NCBI GenBank assembly: GCA_947384015.1
Contig: CANDFN010000001.1
Location: 1-41,687 of the forward strand
DNA from: an uncultured Clostridia bacterium
Lineage (GTDB): Bacteria > Bacillota > Clostridia > Christensenellales > UBA1242
DNA length: 41,687 nt
Direction of reading: 5' to 3'
Shown here: positions 33,777 to 40,779 of the stretch, one piece after another
How positions within the stretch are numbered: position 1 is the first letter of the stretch
Layout: each line of letters starts with the position of its first letter
The notes under the pieces: generated by a model
Told to the model about the DNA's origin: nothing
Databases searched by the model: none
The model's input: the letters and a program-made list of their open reading frames with translations, nothing else
Program-made: the position numbers and the translations under genes

Positions 33777-36131
33777 TTATTTCCAGCGCCAGTTTTCAAT
33801 TTCTGGCAAATCTACACCATATTCTTCAATAAATTCTTTATGATGCTCTAATTTTAATTTGATTATTTTGCCTATTTTCTTTTTATCATTTTCTGGTATG
33901 TTTATATATTTTAAAACCTTTTCAAGCAAATGAAAGCGGTCCGCTTTATTTTTTACACGCATATCAAAAGAGGTTGTAATTGTTCCTTCCTCTAAATAAC
34001 CAGAAACGTGTAATTCTTGATTTTTGCGTTTATAAGCAAGCATATGAATTAGCTGTGGATATCCGTGGAAATTAAATATTATAGGTTTATCTGTTGTAAA
34101 TAATTTATCATATTCTTTGTCTGATAATCCATGTGGGTGAGCATAATCTGGCACCATCTTCATTAAGTCTACAACATTTACAAAGCGAACATTTAAATTT
34201 GGTATATATTGTTTTATAAGTGTTACGGTAGCCAAACTCTCTATTGTTGCAGTATCTCCGCAAGATGCAATTACTATATCTGGGTTAGTTGTATCTCCAA
34301 CGCCTGCCCATTTCCATTCGCTTATACCTTTAGCACAATGCTTTTTTGCATCTGCCATATTTAACCATTGATAAGAAGGGTGTTTAGAAGCAACAATTAC
34401 ATTTACATAGTTTTTACTTTTTGCGCAATGGTCATAGCAAGATAGTAGGCAGTTTGCATCTGCTGGAAGATATATTCTAACAACATCAGCATTCTTGTTT
34501 ACAATATGGTCTAAAAAGCCTGGGTCTTGGTGGGTAAAACCATTATGGTCTTGTTGCCAAACATTACTTGTTAATATTAGGTTAAGCGATGATATTGGTT
34601 GTCTCCAATTAATCTCGTTACAAACTTTTAGCCATTTCGCGTGCTGTGCAACCATGCTATCTACAACACGAATAAAAGCCTCGTAACTGTTAAACATTCC
34701 ATGCCTACCAGTTAAAAGATAACCCTCCAACAATCCTTCACACAAATGCTCTGAAAGATAAGAATCCATAATTCTGCCGTCTATAGATAACTTATCATCA
34801 TAAGGTAAAGTTTTTGCATTAAAGGCTCTGTTTTCTACTTCAAAAGCCTTGTATAAGCGGTTACTCATTGCTTCGTCTGGGCTAAAAATGCGGTAGTTTT
34901 TATTCTTTTTATTTAGACTAAATAGATCGCGAATATAACCACTTAGTTCCAACATGTCTTGAGTTTTGATAGTTCCATGACCACGGAACTTAACTGCATA
35001 ATCATCTATGTTTGGAGTTATTAATTCTTTTAACAATTTTCCACCGTTTGCATATGGGCTAGCAGTCATGCGTTTGTCGCCTTTTGGAACAACAGACAAA
35101 TACTCTTTTTTAAGTTTGTAGTCTTTATCAAAAAGTTCATCTGGCTTATAACTTAAAAGCCAATCTTTAAGCAATTTTAGATGATTTTCTTTGCTCATAG
35201 AAATAGGAATTTGATGCGCCTTAAAATAATCTTCAATCTTTACGCCATCAACCTCTTTTGGACCAGTCCAGCCCTTTGGTGTGCGCAAAATAATCATTGG
35301 TATTGGTGCACGTTCACATCCTTTATTTAAGCGAGCTTTTGTTTGAATTTCTTTTATTTGTTCAATACACTTATCCATAGCTTCCGCCATAAGCACATGC
35401 ATTTTTTGAGGGTCGTTACCTTCTACAAAATAAGGAGTGTAGCCATAACCTTCAAACAACTTTTTTAATTCAGTTTTGCTAATACGTGCAAGAACTGTGG
35501 GGTTGTTAATTTTATAACCATTAAGATGAAGAATAGGTAACACAGCACCATCTCTTGATGGGTCTATAAATTTATTTGCATGCCAAGAAGTTGCAAGCGG
35601 TCCTGTTTCAGCTTCTCCATCACCAACAACAGTTACTGCAATTAACTTTGGATTGTCTAACACTGCACCATATGCGTGGGCGAGAGAGTATCCTAATTCG
35701 CCACCTTCATGTAATGAGCCTGGAGTTTCTGGCACAGCATGAGAGCCAATTCCGCCTGGGAAAGAGAATTGTTTACATAATCTTTTCATTCCTTCTCTAT
35801 CTTGAGAAATAGTTGGGTAGTATTCGCTGTAAACACCTTCTAAATAACTGTTGGCAGTTAAAAAGTTACCGCCATGTCCTGGGCCCGAAATAAAAATCAT
35901 ATCGCAATTATATTTGTTTATAACTCTGTTACAGTGCGCATACACAAAGTTTTGTCCAGGCACAGTTCCCCAGTGTCCAACTAACTTTTTCTTAATATCT
36001 TCAGCACACAATTCATGGTCACGTAACAGTGGATTATCTAATAAATAAAGTTGTGCTGCTGATAGATAATTTGCAGCCCTCCAATATCCATCTAATTTAT
36101 TTAAATATTCTGTTGTTGAAAATTTATCCAT
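33777..36131 (-). CDS. xfp: Xylulose-5-phosphate/fructose-6-phosphate phosphoketolase
   Basis: 784 aa. N-terminal YWRAANYLSAAQLYL, GHWGT.PG, EGGELGY and the thiamine-diphosphate motif GDGEAETG, all characteristic of the XFP family. Confidence 0.95.
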   Translation of the reverse strand: MDKFSTTEYLNKLDGYWRAANYLSAAQLYLLDNPLLRDHELCAEDIKKKLVGHWGTVPGQNFVYAHCNRVINKYNCDMIFISGPGHGGNFLTANSYLEGVYSEYYPTISQDREGMKRLCKQFSFPGGIGSHAVPETPGSLHEGGELGYSLAHAYGAVLDNPKLIAVTVVGDGEAETGPLATSWHANKFIDPSRDGAVLPILHLNGYKINNPTVLARISKTELKKLFEGYGYTPYFVEGNDPQKMHVLMAEAMDKCIEQIKEIQTKARLNKGCERAPIPMIILRTPKGWTGPKEVDGVKIEDYFKAHQIPISMSKENHLKLLKDWLLSYKPDELFDKDYKLKKEYLSVVPKGDKRMTASPYANGGKLLKELITPNIDDYAVKFRGHGTIKTQDMLELSGYIRDLFSLNKKNKNYRIFSPDEAMSNRLYKAFEVENRAFNAKTLPYDDKLSIDGRIMDSYLSEHLCEGLLEGYLLTGRHGMFNSYEAFIRVVDSMVAQHAKWLKVCNEINWRQPISSLNLILTSNVWQQDHNGFTHQDPGFLDHIVNKNADVVRIYLPADANCLLSCYDHCAKSKNYVNVIVASKHPSYQWLNMADAKKHCAKGISEWKWAGVGDTTNPDIVIASCGDTATIESLATVTLIKQYIPNLNVRFVNVVDLMKMVPDYAHPHGLSDKEYDKLFTTDKPIIFNFHGYPQLIHMLAYKRKNQELHVSGYLEEGTITTSFDMRVKNKADRFHLLEKVLKYINIPENDKKKIGKIIKLKLEHHKEFIEEYGVDLPEIENWRWK

Positions 36132-36353
36132 ATTTACCCTCTCTTTTATCTTTCCCTTTGATTTTTATATTTATTATTAAGCCTAAGTTTTAAGGTTAAG
36201 TTTTATGTAAGTTTACACATGCAACAAAATTTTACCTTTAAAAATATTATATCATATTGTTAAAATTTTTGTATCAATTTTATAACAAAAAAACACCCTT
36301 ATTAATAATTAATAAAAGTGTAAGTATGTTGGGAATTATTGTTGTAAATCCTA

Positions 36354-36797
36354 TTATTTTATTAAATCCCATCTATTAAGAAATAGATCATTATAATCAT
36401 TAAACTTCCTCATAGGATTATCTTGATGAATATAACCTTTTCTACCTGGAGTATTGAGCCATTCTTTGTGTCCGTTTGTAATAGCTTCCGCAACAATGGC
36501 GCTTGGAACTATATGGTATTCTGGCGAACTCAGTCCATTCATGCTAACAAAAACATAAAATATATTAAGATTATTTATTGTCTCATTCTTTTTTGATAAA
36601 GTCCATTCTTTTTTGTTTAAATGTGTAGTTTTAACTTGAATTGCAAAAATAGATTTTGTTTTTCTGTTTAAAGCCAAGATATCAAATAATTCCGTATTTG
36701 ACATAGGTATAGCAACACTAAAACCGTTTCTTTCTAGTTCTCCAGCAACAAAATATCCACCCGCATTTCCAACACTAATATTATTAACTTTTTTCAT
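36354..36797 (-). CDS. Small stand-alone PD-(D/E)xK-like (Hjc/restriction-endonuclease-fold) protein
   Basis: 147 aa. GNAGGYFVAGELERNGFSV...ELFDILAL...FAIQVKTT fits the alpha-beta-beta-beta core with D...Q-V-K in place of D...E-x-K. Confidence 0.45.
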   Translation of the reverse strand: MKKVNNISVGNAGGYFVAGELERNGFSVAIPMSNTELFDILALNRKTKSIFAIQVKTTHLNKKEWTLSKKNETINNLNIFYVFVSMNGLSSPEYHIVPSAIVAEAITNGHKEWLNTPGRKGYIHQDNPMRKFNDYNDLFLNRWDLIK

Positions 36798-36875
36798 TTG
36801 AAATCCTTTTTTACTATAAAATAAATATTTAAAAATCCAACAGAGACGTTCTTATTGTAAACATTTGTGATAAAT

Positions 36876-37253
36876 CTACCTTCTTTCTTTTATCTTAGAC
36901 CATATCATAAGTATAACAATAATTAAAAAGAAACCACCTAAACCCACGCCCATTAAAACAAAGCCAATTATTTGTGTTGTATGTAAAACTAAATATTTAC
37001 CAATATTTGCAAGTAAAATTCCAACAAAACCTAAAACAAAAGTAGCAACAAGTGGTAAAAATATTGCAAGTATTGTAGTTTTATCTTTGCGCGAAGCTTG
37101 TTTGTAAGATTTTTTATAATCGTTAAAAATGTCTACAACAGCATTTATTGCATCACGTTTTGTAATCTCTTCATAATCATCTTCTATTGATTGTTCTACA
37201 TTGTCTTTTTTATTATTGTTCACATTTCTTCCTTTATTTGTCTTATATAACAA
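36876..37253 (-). CDS. Small membrane protein (charged N-terminal region plus two C-terminal TM helices)
   Basis: The ORF-track start is TTG 37253. The alternative GTG 37223 has an AGGAAG RBS. No motif recognised. Confidence 0.4.
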   Translation of the reverse strand: MLYKTNKGRNVNNNKKDNVEQSIEDDYEEITKRDAINAVVDIFNDYKKSYKQASRKDKTTILAIFLPLVATFVLGFVGILLANIGKYLVLHTTQIIGFVLMGVGLGGFFLIIVILMIWSKIKERR

Positions 37254-37365
37254 AGTTTTTTTACATTAATTTGTGTCTTTTAAGAAAACCATCTCTTTAT
37301 TTTTTCTTTAAACTTTAGCAAAAAATTTTAATTGTATTGGCGGAGCAAGTGTAACCTAAATCGAA

Positions 37366-38376
37366 TTAGATTCTATCTCCATAAGGCAATGATTTTATAT
37401 AGTTTTCTATATAGTCCCAATCTGGGTTATTATTTTTTGTAGGCAATTTTATTATAGTTGATTTTATTAAATCCATTTTGAACGCTCTTCCATAACTGTA
37501 TCTATATCTTTCTCTTTCTAAGATAGACTTTAAAAATAAAGCAGTGTATTTATTTATCCATTTCGCCCTACATACAACTATATGGTCTCCTGCAACAAAT
37601 TTATTTGGTTGATAATAAATTGTTGATGTAGTGTCGCCAATTATAATCGCATTTCCTTTTTCTATACCTGAAATATCCTTTTCGTTAACATAACAATCAC
37701 AGCCATTGTTTGTGTCTGTTCTTGTAATAAATTCAATCTTTTCAGAACCAAAGTGTTCGAAATTTTCTATATCATTTTTCACATGAGCTTTAGCTTTATA
37801 AATATGCTCAAATAATGAACCTAATTTATATTCTTTCCAATTTTTCGATTCAAGAATAGGCAATTTACTCTTTATATTATTTTTTGTCGTAATTGACTTA
37901 TAATTTAGTGACTTCATATAATCTTCCATAAATTGCCAATCTGGCTCATTATTTTCTGTCACAGGTAATTTGATAGCCATTCTTGTTATTTCGTTACTAT
38001 ACACCGCACGACCATAAGAATATTTAAATCTTTCTTTGTTTATTAAAGTAACAATAAATAAGGCAATCAAATTAGTCATTTTAAATTTAGGTGTTAGTAT
38101 ATTTACTCTACCATGACTAACGCTATAAAACTCTTGATACTGATAGAAAGCATTACAAAACATATCAACAGTTATTTTGTTTTTATCAAAAATTTGAGCC
38201 TTTCCATCTCCAGCTTGAGATATATAAGCAACAATACCATTGTCAGTTTGGCCAGAAGACACTAAAGGTATATATCCATCGTCACATTCATCTACCTTCA
38301 AATCTCCTGAAGATAATGATATTTCAAATAAAGCACCGAGCATAAACTCTTGCCATTTTTCAACTTTAAGATTCAT
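37366..38376 (-). CDS. Restriction-modification specificity subunit (HsdS/BcgIB-like, two target-recognition domains)
   Basis: 336 aa. Two repeats each begin W(Q/K)E(F/Y).LG.LFE and end in a conserved spacer (YSYGRA...KLP...N.PDW.(F/Y).E.Y.KSL). Overlaps the upstream methylase gene by 11 nt. Confidence 0.85.
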   Translation of the reverse strand: MNLKVEKWQEFMLGALFEISLSSGDLKVDECDDGYIPLVSSGQTDNGIVAYISQAGDGKAQIFDKNKITVDMFCNAFYQYQEFYSVSHGRVNILTPKFKMTNLIALFIVTLINKERFKYSYGRAVYSNEITRMAIKLPVTENNEPDWQFMEDYMKSLNYKSITTKNNIKSKLPILESKNWKEYKLGSLFEHIYKAKAHVKNDIENFEHFGSEKIEFITRTDTNNGCDCYVNEKDISGIEKGNAIIIGDTTSTIYYQPNKFVAGDHIVVCRAKWINKYTALFLKSILERERYRYSYGRAFKMDLIKSTIIKLPTKNNNPDWDYIENYIKSLPYGDRI

Positions 38377-40198
38377 AAACTTTTCCTTCCTTTACAAGAT
38401 AGGCGAGATAATCATTGATTGTTTGCTGAAAGTCATTTTCATTCAAAGTAGAATAATCTGTCTTCATATAGGCTTCACAAAGCCATTCATCACTTCCACT
38501 AACTTTATGTGTGGCAGATAATCCATCTACTGATTTTCTAGTTCTATATAACTCTATCCATTGATTTTCAATCTCTACCCAACGACTGTTTCCATTAGTA
38601 TTGACTTGCTCAACTCTACCAAGATTCTTTTTCTTTTTAAAGCCATCATCTTTGTAATAACCAAAGAATGTGTCGGGATTTGTTATATCCGAGTGTTTTT
38701 TGCCAACCTTAAAGACCATACAACAAGCAGATGCAGATGCACCTGGATAAAAGACTTCATTTGGTAAAGTGAATACTGCATCCAAAGTATTTTCTTTTAA
38801 TATTTCACTTTTTATGTCTGAAATTTCTTTACTTGTGCCAATAGCACAAGAAACAGGTAATAGCACTGCTAATATAGCAGGCTGATTAATAGAATTTAAA
38901 ATATCAGAAATATATTTCACAAAGTAAAAACCTTTAGTTGGATCTTCTTTTTTATCTTTTTTCCAAGTTCTTGTAAATCTATCTGGCATTTGGTTTCTTT
39001 GTGCGTTATATGGAGGATTCATTAGAATCACATTTGGTTTATTTCTTATTATCCAATCTTTATAATCAAAACAACTTCCACATACGATATGGGAATTTCC
39101 ATCACTATGAATAAGCATATTTGTAGCAGCAAGGCCGTAAACATCTTCATCAAATTCTATTCCGAAAATTTGTTGTCTTTTTATCGCCAATTGCTCTTTT
39201 TCGGTAGAGCAATCATCTAATGCTTGGGTCATTGCTCTAACTAGAAAAGATCCACTACCACAACAAGGATCTAGAACGACTGAGTGTTTATTTACGCCTG
39301 AAATTTTTGCCATAAAATCAGTTATATGATCAGGCGTAAATGCTTGATTTTTATCAGCCTTTCCAACATATTTGTTAAATGTTACAAAAAATAAGTTTAA
39401 TAAATCTTGCCCAGCTGTTGTTTTATCATTGATATAAGGCAAAATATTTTCTTCTATGAAACTTAATATCTCTCTAAAATCTGCAACCTTTAGGGATCTG
39501 ATGACTTGATTTTTAAGGATTCTATCATCAAGCAAACCCAATTTTTTTGCTTTCTCTAAATCTCCATTTTGATTAAACAATTCTTCAAGAGTATCTTTAA
39601 TCGCAGCTCTTATTTGTGAGTTTGTAAGTGAAACACTTTTATATTCTAAACCATTTTTTAAAGCTAATAAACAAGTTCCAACAAATTGACTTCTTAATTT
39701 TTCTTTTACACCATGCTTGTGTAACAACTCATTAAGTTTATATGTGTTTGACATTACTTTTTCTTTATTGTTGATTTTAGTTGTGTAAAAATCAATATAT
39801 TCATCAATTGTTCTTAAAGAATTTTCATTTGGCATAAAGTCACTATCTGAAACAACACCTCTCCAAACCATAATTTTATCGTTTGCTGTATTGGCTAAAA
39901 TTGCAACAATTTTATTTTTACTAATTTGTTTTTCATATTCTACATATGCAGACAATTGTTCTTTTGCCGATTCTAAATCATTGCTAAAATCAACTTTAGT
40001 TTCCACTAAAATAGCCACATTATCTTTAACAAATTTAATATCAAGTTTTTCAAACTTTCTACCATTTTTAGAACTAACTATAGGCACAAATTGTAATGAT
40101 TGGTTCTTAAACTCTTTAGGATAACTAAATTCATCATTTTCAATATTGCTAACCAAATAATCACTACCTATTGTTGATATAATATCATTTCTTTTCAT
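38366..40198 (-). CDS. Fused PD-(D/E)xK nuclease-like N-terminal domain plus gamma-class N6-adenine DNA methyltransferase (BcgIA-like type IIB/IIG RM protein)
   Basis: 610 aa. N-terminal LDIKFV...AILVETKV...QLSAYVEY...ILANTANDKIMVW (HSDR_N-like nuclease core). MTase motifs: X FTPDHITDFM, I VLDPCCGSGSFLV, IV LMNPPYN. Confidence 0.85.
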   Translation of the reverse strand: MKRNDIISTIGSDYLVSNIENDEFSYPKEFKNQSLQFVPIVSSKNGRKFEKLDIKFVKDNVAILVETKVDFSNDLESAKEQLSAYVEYEKQISKNKIVAILANTANDKIMVWRGVVSDSDFMPNENSLRTIDEYIDFYTTKINNKEKVMSNTYKLNELLHKHGVKEKLRSQFVGTCLLALKNGLEYKSVSLTNSQIRAAIKDTLEELFNQNGDLEKAKKLGLLDDRILKNQVIRSLKVADFREILSFIEENILPYINDKTTAGQDLLNLFFVTFNKYVGKADKNQAFTPDHITDFMAKISGVNKHSVVLDPCCGSGSFLVRAMTQALDDCSTEKEQLAIKRQQIFGIEFDEDVYGLAATNMLIHSDGNSHIVCGSCFDYKDWIIRNKPNVILMNPPYNAQRNQMPDRFTRTWKKDKKEDPTKGFYFVKYISDILNSINQPAILAVLLPVSCAIGTSKEISDIKSEILKENTLDAVFTLPNEVFYPGASASACCMVFKVGKKHSDITNPDTFFGYYKDDGFKKKKNLGRVEQVNTNGNSRWVEIENQWIELYRTRKSVDGLSATHKVSGSDEWLCEAYMKTDYSTLNENDFQQTINDYLAYLVKEGKVYES

Positions 40199-40397
40199 TA
40201 TTTTTCTCCTTTTTAATCGTGGTTTTCTTATTTATATTCTTTAATTTAAGACTTATATTTTTAGTGCTAGTCAATTTAATTTCATTGTCTTCTACAAAGA
40301 AAACAACATCATCCCCCTTATCAATTTCTAAAAGTTTTCTAACTTCTTTTGGGATTGTTATTTGGCATTTGTTTGACAATTTTGCTTGTTTTATCAT
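40185..40397 (-). CDS. AbrB/MazE/SpoVT-family small DNA-binding protein, first gene of the RM operon
   Basis: 70 aa. KCQITIPKEVRKLLEIDKGDDVVFFVEDNEIKL is a swapped-hairpin SpoVT-AbrB motif. Overlaps the RM gene start by 14 nt. GAGAGG RBS. Confidence 0.85.
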   Translation of the reverse strand: MIKQAKLSNKCQITIPKEVRKLLEIDKGDDVVFFVEDNEIKLTSTKNISLKLKNINKKTTIKKEKNNEKK

Positions 40398-40436
40398 CTA
40401 ATAAACCTCTCAAAAATTCTTTACTTTCTTTACTTT

Positions 40437-40465
40437 AGTATAGCAAAAAAATATATTTTTTGCAA
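40437..40465 (-). promoter_or_regulatory. Putative promoter of the abrB-like/RM operon (TTGCAA-N17-TATACT on the minus strand)
   Basis: TTGCAA at 40460-40465 and minus-strand TATACT at 40437-40442. A tandem 9-mer (AAAGTAAAG x2, 40419-40436) lies directly downstream. Confidence 0.45.
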
Positions 40466-40510
40466 ACATATTGAAAAAATTTTATAAAATTATTACAATT
40501 TGGCATTTAG

Positions 40511-40585
40511 GCGTGTGCTTGTATTTATACAAGTAATACACAAATTGCAACCCTAGCGTGTGCTTGTCTTGAAACAAGTGAACGC
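40511..40585. repeat. Two tandem imperfect palindromes sharing the 12-mer GCGTGTGCTTGT
   Basis: The 12-mer occurs at 40511-40522 and 40556-40567. Each copy is followed by a short loop and ACAAGT..AC(A/G)C, forming hairpins of about 30 nt. Confidence 0.7.
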
Positions 40586-40629
40586 AAAAATTAACTTGTC
40601 TTTCGCCAGCGAAGTGTAAATGAAAACTC

Positions 40630-40679
40630 TTTTTAGTCAAGGTTAAAGTGTATTGCTTTTCGCAAACCTTGACTAAAAA
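40630..40679. repeat. Perfect 15-bp inverted repeat with a 20-nt spacer
   Basis: TTTTTAGTCAAGGTT (40630-40644) and AACCTTGACTAAAAA (40665-40679). Confidence 0.85.
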
Positions 40680-40779
40680 AACAACAACAATAAAATTTAA
40701 AAATTAAAATCCGTTTCCGTTTCTTTCGCCGGTGTCGAAAGACAAATAAAAAATAAATTAAAAGGAGTTAAGAAAAAAT

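Noticed and set aside
33777-36131. Plus-strand ORFs 34495-34686, 35576-35812 and 35851-36048
   Set aside because: They are antisense shadows within the well-supported phosphoketolase gene.
38240-38767. Plus-strand ORFs 38240-38521 and 38561-38767
   Set aside because: They are antisense to the overlapping S-subunit and methylase genes and have no RBS.
40511-40585. Possible CRISPR-like repeat array
   Set aside because: There are only two copies. The units are imperfect and are themselves palindromes separated by about 15 nt, and there are no regular repeat-spacer periodicity or cas genes. No CRISPR array was seen elsewhere in the window either.
40630-40679. The 15-bp inverted repeat as a transcription terminator
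   Set aside because: On both strands the stem is followed by an A-run rather than a T-run, so it does not fit an intrinsic terminator. It was kept as a repeat or possible protein-binding site.
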